This document shows, one piece after another, positions 37,036 through 47,900 of a stretch of 64,000 nucleotides of DNA. The notes below the pieces were generated by a model. That model did no database searches, had not been told where the DNA came from, and was given only the letters and a program-made list of their open reading frames with translations. Both the position numbers and the translations under genes were made by a program. This stretch comes from Lingula anatina (lineage: Eukaryota > Animalia > Brachiopoda). Each line of letters begins with the position of its first letter. Position 1 is the first letter of the stretch. The stretch is from contig CM120647.1 in the NCBI GenBank assembly GCA_051362555.1, positions 16,592,651 through 16,656,650 on the forward strand. Reading direction: 5' to 3'.

Positions 37036-38274
37036 TTCAGGATTATGCCAAAATAATACAAGTAACAAAGTTGCAATACGCTAACTGATTTCTGGGAGAA
37101 TAGGCCTTTCAGTAAACAAAAGAAGTCAACATTCAGTCATCTAGCTGCAAAAGGCCTATACGTATATTGAGCTCATATATACTTACTGCATACAAGATGG
37201 CAGCCTTATTTGCCACCTCCTGCTGGTACATTCTGATGAACTCCCAAGGAATACTAATCACCGTAGCAACCAGCAATATGTACAACACACACTGTCTCCA
37301 ACTCAAGTTTACTGTGGTCTCTCCAGTCAGGATCTCTCTTAGTACAAGAGGTGTAGATTCCTCACTGGGTATTAAATCGCCATTTAATTTCTTATTTCGT
37401 GTTCTGGTGTCTGTTCTCTTTGCATTCACCTCCCTGTCTCTGCTCTCTCCACTGGCTTCCAGAATATTTCCAGTTATTAAAAATCTCCTGTCACAGAATT
37501 TCCATAGCAAAATCACAAATAGTAAAATGCCTATGAGAAACATGAAAGTTTGGAAAAGATAAAAATAGCTGAGGATGGTAGAGTTGGTAGTAATTAGCAA
37601 CCAGGTGCCTTCTGTAAATTGTCTTGTTTTGTTCATAGTCAACATCCATGTTTCTTCTGTGACATGTTTTGTTCTGTTCATAGATGATATAAAATGTGTT
37701 GTTAAATAATCTGTTGCATTTGTCATTGATTCAAACATTGATAAAGAAGAGGCTGCCAAAATATTTTTGACAGTTGTCGTTGTTTGTGTCAGAGAGGACG
37801 TGAGCTGATTCCATGGAGTCCAGGATGATTCAGATGGTTCAACCTTTGGCTGGAATACCACACTGTATAAGCTTTGGAATGTTTGGAACCAAACGCCGTA
37901 TACTTGAACTTCTTCGGGAATTTGCTGTGGACCTAATCCTGAAAAGTTTGTGCAAAATTACACCAAATTAAGATACGATGGCTTGTCGGGTTTCATTCAA
38001 TTCTTTTTTGTAAGTAAAATTAGTAAAGTCATTAACAGAATAACTCTAAGTAAAACCGAAGTGAACATTCCAGCCCTCTTGAAACTAGCGAAACAAAAAG
38101 TTAAATTTCTTTGATCAAAATCAGTTAGAATCGTTATCTACTCTCACCTAATTTTTTGATCAATAAAGCACATAAAACACACAGAAGTGCAGAGATAAAA
38201 CAAATATTTCTTGCTATAATTGGAAAATTGTATGATGATTTAAGACTTCTCTTGTTCAAACTGCGCGCCGCCAT
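35913..38274 (-). CDS. CLCC1: Chloride channel CLIC-like protein 1 (MCLC family) ER membrane protein
   Basis: Exons 38274-38148, 37938-37187, 36887-36735 and 36308-35913 give 1428 nt, 475 aa. N-terminal hydrophobic anchor; conserved core ISIPWEFIRMYQQEVANK...KEC...AWFHWAFSWDHSPCAKYHYAVMVDPLWEVTPAVVLSSAFTKCITKPLEILCSGLGRCFRLLLTEIP (cf. CLCC1 [43 protein letters not shown]...EIP). The start lies in a YY1-like AAAATGGCGGC. Confidence 0.85.
36979..37032. repeat. (AT)n microsatellite in CLCC1 intron
   Basis: Directly visible. Confidence 0.9.
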
Positions 38275-39074
38275 TTTACTATTACTATAGCAAGCCAGAA
38301 ATATCAAAGACGAAAATACGTTATAACTTTTCTTGCCTTAGACGATAAAACATCTTTAACTTTCTCATGTAGGAATTATTTTGATTGATTACAATTCTTG
38401 TTAGAGTAATTAAGTAACTTTATACCAATAAGTTGTAGATTTATTGACTATCTATTCTTTGCAAAACATTATCAGTGCACGCGCGTAAATATAAGGAAGT
38501 AACTCGTGAATTTCACGGGGAACTTTTGATGAGCAACAGCTATATCAAGATAGTCTTCCAAGAAAACATAACAATTGACAATACAAAGGTGAATTCGCTT
38601 TGTCGACATGAATGTGCAAAAGACTGAGATTACAATTGAAAAAGGTAGTGTGGATTCTTTTTGACCGCAGTATCACAAGATCCAAGTCAGCTGATTTGAA
38701 ACTACCCGAGTCGATATATCGACTTTAAAAAAAACTTTACTGTTGCAAGACTTTGCACGGTACTTTAAAATGTAAGTGTGAATCTCCCTGCTTGGAAAGG
38801 AGAACTTCGAAGCCAAAAGTTCTAAAGTTGCCCTTGGAAAATATTCACAAATCCTGGACAATCTCTGTACATGTAAGTACTAGCGGTTGTATCTTTTTTT
38901 GTAAGAACTTGATTTACGTAAAAACGAAAGTATATTTAAGACAAAATAGTGAATGAAAAGTAACATTTATCTGAAATCGGCCATTCATATTTCTTTTCAT
39001 AAATTTCTGGGAAGAAGTATAAGCATGTTTAAGAAAAAATAAGAGAGTGTAGTGCCAAATGCAGGGTAGAACCG

Positions 39075-39309
39075 GCCGGATAGCTCAGGTGGTAGAGCAC
39101 TCGCCCTGTTGGGGGCGTCTCGATAGTCCGAATGTTCATTGGTCCAAGGTTCATTGGTCCGAAGGCTTTTTAATCAAGGGTTCATTGGTCCGAAGGTTCT
39201 GTAGTGAACATTCGGACCAATGAACCTTCGGACTATTGAACCTTCGGACTAAATTGCTACAGCCCCGCCCTGTTAGCGAGAGGTCCTGGGTTCGATCCCT
39301 GGTCTGGCA
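39075..39309 (+). pseudogene. tRNA-like unit (tRNA-derived SINE head / pseudo-tRNA) interrupted in the anticodon loop by a MITE
   Basis: GCCGGATAGCTCAGGTGGTAGAGCACTCGCCCTGTT [insert] AGCGAGAGGTCCTGGGTTCGATCCCTGGTCTGGCA; A and B boxes; T-run follows. Confidence 0.7.
39111..39266. mobile_element. MITE with 8-9-bp TSD and subterminal inverted arrays
   Basis: TSD (C)GCCCTGTT at 39103-39110 and 39267-39274; GGGG...CCCC ends; repeats AGGTTCATTGGTCCGA and the inverse TCGGACCAATGAACCT. Confidence 0.85.
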
Positions 39310-39430
39310 GGTGGTTTTTCTACACTTTCCCAAAAAGATGCTACAATGGTGGCAGTGGTTGTGCAAGATAGGGCTCCCGCCTTTCTGCATTTGGGGGGAG
39401 GAGTGTAGTGCCAGATGCAGGGTAGGACCG

Positions 39431-39501
39431 GCCGGATAGCTCAGGTGGTAGAGCACTCGCCCTGTGAGCGAGAGGTCCCGGTTTCGATCCCTGTTCTGGC
39501 A
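39431..39501 (+). tRNA. tRNA-like gene/pseudogene (anticodon loop CCTGTGA, nominal Thr-TGT; C at position 33 is atypical)
   Basis: 71-nt cloverleaf-like sequence with A box TAGCTCAGGTGG, anticodon stem CTCGC/GCGAG, B box GTTTCGATCC and TTTTTT downstream. The body resembles tRNA-Lys, so it is more likely a tRNA-derived repeat. Confidence 0.45.
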
Positions 39502-40117
39502 GGTGGTTTTTCTCCCCACCTACTAGTAAAGAGGCGCTGCAAGATAATCGACTAGAAAAAATGCAGGAACCTACATGTACATGTACAGTACCAGTACTGT
39601 AGGTGAAATTTAGATTCACAAAGACATTCTTTTCAACTAAAACTTAAAGGGTGTTTCTTTCACCTGGCCCTTGAAGCCTCCACCTTGCATCAGTTTTTGG
39701 TAGTATACATGCTATAGGTAGTTACTGCAGGTAAAGCCTTACTGGCATTCCACCCTGCATTTCAATCTCTCAAGGCTGTAAATATCCACTTCCTGACAAA
39801 AGTGTGTCCTATGTCACACCTTGTAGTGTAATATAATTCCCATTTTAAGTCCTTTTGTTTTGGTTCATGCACCAGTATGATAACGTCTTAGTCTTTTTAT
39901 TCCATCTACTGTATAAAACAACAACTACCACATACAAACATCATTAGTTAGTCATCAAGAGTTTGTAATACAGGCCGGTGGAATGAGGCCTAACCTGTGT
40001 AGTATATAAGGTTGAAAACTGAGGCAACTGCCCCTCCCCCCTTCAATCCTGTTATCATTGTCCTCACAGAAACTCTACTGGCATTATGGCTTCTTGACAT
40101 CACTATATATAAGACCC

Positions 40118-41408
40118 CAGTGTTTCCCCTGCACTTAAATGAGCGAGGCGCCCGCCTCGCTGAAATTTGCAAGCGCCTCGCTGAAATTTGTCAAAAGCAC
40201 CGCCTCGTTGGGCTGAATGGAACGACAAAGTATATTTTCACTCATGCTAACTGCAAATTATATTTATTTCTAAGCAAATATGGCATTTTCTGTTTACATA
40301 CGTAATCCCATGCTTCTGAGCACTTGATTTAGCAGTAACGGAAATACGCATGCGCGTATGCCTAAAAATAACAAGCAGTTACGATCTCCCTGTAAGTGCC
40401 TCGTTTTCGCAGTTCTGTGAAGTATGAGAGACGCAGCGAAACGAGGCAACTGTTCTTGACACCATTTAATCACGTGTCAAGAATACACTTTCTCTGTCAC
40501 TTCATGTTCCGAAATTCAGACTGCCTGTTGTTTGTTTTTATAGTTTACGAATATTCACTGATAAAAAAGGAGCAAATAAAGTGGCCTTCGTTGTTTTTAT
40601 AAACTTGGAGAAGATTTTCTATTGATTTACGGGTAACTTTTGTGAAAGCAGTAGCGTTGTAAAACTGGGTCACGTCAGTATTTCGCGTGGAAACCTATGC
40701 ATTGAATATGAATTCCCATGACCGAATAGAACCATATAAATGAATAAACGAAGAACTAAAATTGATGATAAGTGTGATTTTCATCTCTTTAATTCCGAAG
40801 AATTCATTTAACGGTGTTTGAAGTTGTTGATTATAAATTACATCTCAAACTACGTAGGCCTATAACTAGTAGCGGGAGTCGCTTTGCGCTGAACGACAAT
40901 TAAGGGAGAGAACTTTTTGAAGCAGTTTATATTAGGATGAAGCGCTCCCACACGCAAAGTCAATTGACCAGTTACTTTCAGAAATGTGAAAACGGTAAGA
41001 ACAACATATTTTATCAACTTTTTGGTCAATTTGAAAATAATTCAATGTAGTAAGCCCTTTTTCTTGTAAGTATTAACTTTTTTTTTGAAAGTACTAACTT
41101 TTTTTTCTTGAAAGAGTATGTTCTATAAACTGAAAAGAACTAAACTGAGTGAATGCATACTGGAAAATAAATTTTGTCCAAACCTTTGTTATGTCATTAC
41201 TGAATTTACTCCTCAAAACATCTAAAACAAGACAATTCAGTGCCACATAAAATGTAAAAAAAATCAGTTCTAAATACCCTAAAATGCACCAAATTGCATC
41301 TCGATTAAAAAAATTTTCCGGGGGGGCATGCCCCCGGACCCCCCTAGTATTGCTGGGATCGCGGATTGCCTACCACCTCGCAGAGCTTGAAAGCCAGGGG
41401 AAACACTG
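40118..41408 (+). mobile_element. Non-autonomous hAT-like DNA transposon with 6-bp TSD, retaining a putative transposase first exon
   Basis: Perfect 14-bp TIRs CAGTGTTTCCCCTG / CAGGGGAAACACTG; AGACCC on both flanks (40112-40117, 41409-41414); subterminal CGCCTCG repeats; mini-exon 40937-40994 encoding MKRSHTQSQLTSYFQKCEN + GTAAGA donor. Confidence 0.8.
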
Positions 41409-41694
41409 AGACCCCATTCCCAGATCCAACTAGATCGACCTAACTCCCTGGGGGTTCACACTAAATATCTGTCAGCTGAGCGGGCACAAAAGTTAATTAC
41501 CCCCTTACAGCTTGTAGTAGGCAGGACGGACATTTAAGCCGGATTATCTGACAGCAATCTAGTGAGACTCCTCACGGGGATAGATCAATCTAAAATCTAT
41601 GGGAATGCACCCTTAAAGTTGGGTTTATTGCCTGATATCCTCTATTAACATGGTCATGCAGACAACATTTACTTTCAGAGACTAGTCTGGCATC

Positions 41695-41915
41695 ATGGCT
41701 TCTAGACTCCACAATAGTCTGATAGACCTGCTGGTGATGGTGGGACTGGACCAAGAGACTGGACTTAAACCTAATGTGGTATGTAGACTTCAAATGAATC
41801 TTTGATTAAATGTACTCTGAGGTGGTTTATGACCACGTAGACCTGTAGATTCAATTACTGACCCATTACTGACCCATGGGTCAATGGTGTGTAATGCCAG
41901 TATGAAACAAGATCT

Positions 41916-41959
<44 letters not shown>

Positions 41960-44900
41960 CATTTATTAATTATTTATGCAAGTAGGGAGGCTAAATTACT
42001 CTTTAACTCTTGCATAGTGGACTGCAAATGTTTACGGATATGCTGGTGAAATATTTTTACTTATCTAATTTAATTATAGTAAAATTGTAGATATTTTCTA
42101 TAAAAGTGCCAGTCATGAGTCAGTCAGGTGACCATCACTCTTTGATGATGGGCTGAAATGTCATGGCTTATTGGTAGAAGAAATAGTCTCTTAAAAACAT
42201 TTTTACCAAGGTACAGTAAGGTCTTTAAAGATGAGTGATGCAGAAAGTGATATGCAGAGGAATGTTGATGACTTTAACAAACAGTTCTTACCTGATAGTA
42301 TTTTATTAATAAATTTCTTCGTAATTATTATAATTTTTATCATAATTTCAGACGGACAGCAGTGCCAACGACCCACTTTTCCTCAGCAACTACGAGCCTC
42401 AGGTGCTAGCCTCCATATCAGCGCAATGTGCCATGTTCCCTCAGTCGTTCCCGAACCAGGATGAGGCTTATCCTCCCACTGATGCTGTAGACAACAGGAC
42501 AGTGCTGACCCCTATCAGTGAACAGGAGGATGCACATTTCAGAGCGTATGTAATGTTCAGCTTGTTTTTCATCTAGCTAAAATCTGCTGTGACAGCACAC
42601 ATGGTGTATTTTCCATTGTTAAATAGAGAAATTTTAAATTAAAAAAACTCTACAATACATACATTTGTTACCTAAGTGTTGGTGTTAAATTTGAAGTCCT
42701 CACTTGTTTTTCAGAAATTTTGTTACAAATTGAAATGCCTCACAGTGTGTTTCAAAAAAATTTATAACAAATTAGTGGGCTAAAATAAATTCTAATGTCA
42801 GCAAAATTTGAAAATTATTTTCTTTAGCATTAGAGTAATTTGCACACAATAATTTATCCACGTCATTCAGGCATCTGTTAAGTTGAGTCCAGATTTAAGC
42901 AGAATTTTTTCTTAATGTTCCAGTAAGCACGCAAGGCGTAGAGGTGCCATGCAACACTGGTACTCCATGTTTTCATTGAAATTTATCCATTTAAAATCCA
43001 TTCAACCCATAGATACTTCATATTGATTTCCTCGTCATACTTTGAAAAAATTTTAAATGCAAAACCATCCTGTCCTTTGGCTTCATAAACCACCTTAATT
43101 TGAATTTTTTTCACTTCTCACTATAAAAAGGTCATGAATCCAAACCAACTTGTCCTTCAGCTTCAAAAATGACATTTATTTAATTTGAAGAAAAACCAGT
43201 ACCAGCTTTCAACTATAACTCCATTATATTTCTCTTAAAATGTAGATGTGATCGAAGGAAAAGGTAAAATTTGTCTCTTTTGTTCACTTCTATCTTCACC
43301 AGTAACAGTTAGTGAGTTATGTTGAAATAATTGTTGACCACAACACCATACCCATCTTGAACCAAAAACCATTTAATTAATTAATTAATTGATTAATTTT
43401 TTGTATGTGTTTTAGTCAGTGTTTTTCCTCCTTATTCTACATTCCTGTGTACCCATATAATATCGTGTATACTATACTAGTTTGTTTCCTAGAGATATGT
43501 ACTAACAGAAATCCATTCACCCTTCAACAATTAACAACAATATGAATAAGAGAAATTTTTAAAATATGGTAATTTGACAATGAAAAAGGTTCATCAGTTT
43601 GGTATTGTTTAATGGTAGCTAATGCCCTTTAAAATTTGCCACAATCTACTATTTTATGAAACTCCTAGATATGTTTCAATGTCAATGTGACACCTCTGCA
43701 TTCGTCAATGACTACATTAGTTTTATTTAGACTGGGTTAACATACCTAGATCTGTTAGGATTGATCCATATCTGAGGGGTTTCTTGCTAAATTGGTTTCA
43801 GCATAAGGGCTTAGATATCTTGCATGCCTACTGAAGCTGTTAACTCATAATTCCTTACCCCTTAGCAGCTAGCATGACAGACATCTAAGCGGTTAATCAC
43901 AATTTAGCAAGAATCCTTTTGGAGATAGACAAATCCACAACTGACATAGAAATGAATTTTGTGAAAAAAGATGATTTACTGGTAACAACAATTACTTGAC
44001 ATTTGAATAATGTAGTTATAATACTACTGACCTACTTTCTCATATGACTCTGCAGAGAGGATTGGGGGTATGTTATACCTGCATGAAGTTAACTCATCAT
44101 TATTTTTTTTCTTTCTTTTCTGCACTGATGTTAGAGTTAACAGATTTTTCTACAAGAAATCCATTAGTCTGATATTAAATCCGTGATATTTTGTTGTTTG
44201 CATACAGTTATATCACAGTCAGTGCAAACATTCTTTTTTTTTATATTTTTTGTGTAATTTTCAGTCCACATTGTCAGTCTTCCTCAGAATAGGACTGCCT
44301 GACAACAGTGTCTGTGATGTGAACAAACAACAAAATATGGGTTTATAAACTTGTTTGGTTCTACATTGTTCTGAAATAAATTCTTCAGTTTGCAGTGTGA
44401 TTATTCAAGGAATTCTCTAATTAACAGTATTTTGCTGATTTGATTATGTTCTTGCATGTGGGTTTTCATAGATTTCCCTGATTTTAGGAGAATTTTTTGA
44501 CTCTGTCACATCTCAGATTAAGTGTGGATTTCACTGACAGAAAATATTCACCCCTTTGTGTGGTTGTGTTTTGTTAATTTTCACTGCATGGCCCTGGATG
44601 TTTAAATACAATATTTAGTTAATGAAATTGAAGAATGATGAGTTTGATCAGAATTTAAGTGTTTTTGTCCAAAGAATTGTCAACTTAATGCTTTTAATTG
44701 TAGCAAGAATACACTGCACAGAGATATCTGGTCAGGTTTTTTGAATTTTTTATTATTTTAAACTTTGAAAAAGCATGCTATTATCCTGTTCACACTAGTA
44801 TCAATTTTTTTCCAAATGCTAATAACAAATTATTTAGCTAATCCAAATACAAATGGTTGTTAATTTCCATAATTTTATGTTTCTGTAAAGAAAAAAGATA

Positions 44901-47900
44901 TTGTAAGTGAACTCATACATTATCGATAAGTGTTTTGCTTGGTTCATCTTTTATGTTGACAATTTTTTTAATCAAATATTTTTAATGTCAGCAAATCTGA
45001 AACTATTAATATTTTAACTTGTTCATCATTTGGGACACACACAAAATGTGACATTTTATTTATATGTGTCATTTGGCACATGAAGTACGCAGTTGTTTGC
45101 ACTTATGAGATGAGACACACATTAATGGTTTAAGTGCAGTATGGACATTACAGTTTCATTCTCACAAGATGTCTTGATTAATCAGTTAAGTTGGACATTT
45201 TGCTGGACATTGCCAAGCAATTAAATTAAATTAGTAAACATTGTTGTTATTTGTTTATTACAGGATAGCCAAAAGCCTTCCGCGCCGTGTGACCCTGGGC
45301 ACCATTGCAGGTGGTCGTAAGATGCTGCGCATGCTCAGTACGTCTGGTGGAGAGCTGCCAATATCTGCGGAGGTTATACAGTCTCTGACAGCCTTCTGTT
45401 TTCCAGGTTAGTGTGTATTGGTTGTGACATTGTGTTAGGTGTGAAACTTTGCTAATGGGTAATTGTGATCACTGGATGAAGGATTTTATGTAGGTCAAGC
45501 TTCTTTTAAAAAGGTGACTTTTTTTTTTATGAAAAATAGGCCAGTTAAGAAACCTCAAATTTGATTTAGATCAGACTTTTTCTGGACAAAAAGCGATTCA
45601 TTGAACAGACCCCCATGCCTATAGCTTCACAGTGCATAAAATTGTACCTCTTTGTCAACCTCTTTGTCAAAGAAAAATGTAAGGTTTTATTTTAATATAC
45701 CGTGTCATCACCTTATTGCACAAATGTATTTCAGATGGCATGAAGGTCTACCGCCACAGCACGCCTACCCACATCCATTTCCTGGTGCTGACGGACATCA
45801 CTGGAGAGCGCTCCTATGCTGCATGTGCGACGTACACCAGACCCTTCATGTGCAAGAGTTGTAGAGTGGTAAGTGGGTCAAATGTGAACGGTTGTTGTCC
45901 TTGAGAGGGGAATATTATAGAGTATTATGTAATGTTTAACATACTGTTTATTGTTACAACTTAGTTGTTTGTGCTTCAATTATATAAGTTGACAAGATAT
46001 TAGCAAGATTGTGTTAGGTGTGACAAGTAGTTGAGTGTGTTAGTTGCAACATTAAGTCTGTTAGGTGTAAAAGGTTGTTGAGTTGTCTGTTAGGTATAAT
46101 AATTATGAATAGAAACAAACTTGTGTGTATGAATCAAGATATTGAGCACTAAGGCAGATTATTAGTTTTTAAGTCTTGATGATATTGATGTAAAGTACAA
46201 TGCATTTTACAGGAGGAAGGAGACGATCACTATTATGATGCCATTCCTGAAGACTTCATTGAAGATGGCTCTGCACACAAGATGGGCCAGAGAGTCTACA
46301 TTCCATGTTGTCTGACTTTAATATCCAAATATCCCTACTTCACTGTAATGAAGGAGTGCTTGTCATGGTAAAGTTTTCATAAATAAAATTATTAATATTT
46401 TGAAGTTTTAATTGGTTGGAGCATAAAAAGAATATTTTTTATTTTGATAATGTAAAAAGTAAGATGATGAATGTTGTTTTTTCAGTCTTGTACCCAAGCT
46501 GCAGTCAAACCCAAGAGAAGTGAAGACAACTCTGGAAAAGTTTGCCTTACAGTTGTCTGCTACACCTGTGCCACCTGCTGGCAATGTGGCCATTGTAAGT
46601 ACTGCCCTCTAGTGGTAGAACTACCCATTGGCACTATGATTGACAAGCCCCACTTGAAAGTGTTTGTGGGGGGGGGGGGGGGGGGGGGGTTCAAAAGAAC
46701 CACCCTAGGTTTTTGGCTGGAAAAAGTTTAACTTCACTCTGAAACATGCCAGCTTGAAGTCTAATCTGTTGACTGAGAATATCTTCATCCAACTTCAGTT
46801 AACTAACAGAGAATTTTCTATTCAGAACTTGGATTTTGGTATAGAACAAGTTTTGCATTGTTTTTGTTTCAAACTTTTTTTGACAAGACATTTGTTTACT
46901 CGTTCATTAACTCAATTAGGCATTGACTCACTCACTAACTCACTCACTCACTCACTCATTCAGTAGTTGACACTTTCATTATCTTGAAACATTGCAGAAA
47001 GCGTAATGTCATATGGCCTAGCATCATCATCTTTTATCGTTGTTCCATAATAATCAGTACGTTTTCACCAGACTGAGTATCCAGTGCATTAGTTACATTA
47101 GCTGGGGTGGCGTGAACACTCACCAATTCAGCCAAATGCTAAAACTGAATTAACTTGGCTAAACAAAATAGGGTTGGAGAAATAAGTTATGAATATGTCG
47201 CAATTTGAAGAAAAAAGTGATGAATAAGTAGCAATTTGGCTTATTGAAAAAAATTGTTAGCGCTACCCAAGGGTAGATATGAGTACTATGTATTCATTTA
47301 TATTGAATTTTTGATTCAGAGGTTTTACCTGGACACGTACCCTGTGACCCTCTACCCCTCAGATGACCCAAACAAGGAGGTCGTCAACATGCAACTCAAC
47401 CACGTCTTCCTCAAGTTTGACCCAGACGCCATTTTGACTGTGATACGAAGTATTTTGACGCAGCAGAGGATTGTGTTTATGTCCAGCTGTTATGCCATGC
47501 TGACCACTGTGATGGAGGTATATGGTCATTTTTTTGTTTTTAAGAAATGGCTCGTTTTTCACTAGATCTTAAATTTTTTTTAGAGAGTAGGACTTATTTA
47601 TGGTAAATTTGCCTTTTTTAATCTTTTAATGATTTGGCAAAAATTTTCAGTGATTGATTTTGAACATAGTTTATGGCTATCACATCAGTTATCCTCTTTA
47701 TAAAAAAAGGCATATTAAAAATGATTGGTTTTAATAATTTTGTTCATATTAATGTTTAAAGAAAGATAGTTATTATCATTAAGAAAATGATCTCTGCATA
47801 TCAGAAGGGCTGTCTTTTCTCCTTTTCTCTAAGCAAACCCTAAATTTCCTTCATTCCTTACATTTTGTTCAAAATAATAATTATCTTTCAGAGTTTTCTC

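Noticed and set aside
14153-38274. Ancestral MOV10-CLCC1 synteny (both on human 1p13)
   Set aside because: The MOV10 copy here appears to be a secondary fragment, so the adjacency cannot be taken as ancestral without comparative data.
40937-40994. First coding exon of DENND3
   Set aside because: It lies inside a TIR/TSD-bounded transposon and is phase-incompatible; the real uDENN start exon is 41695-41778.
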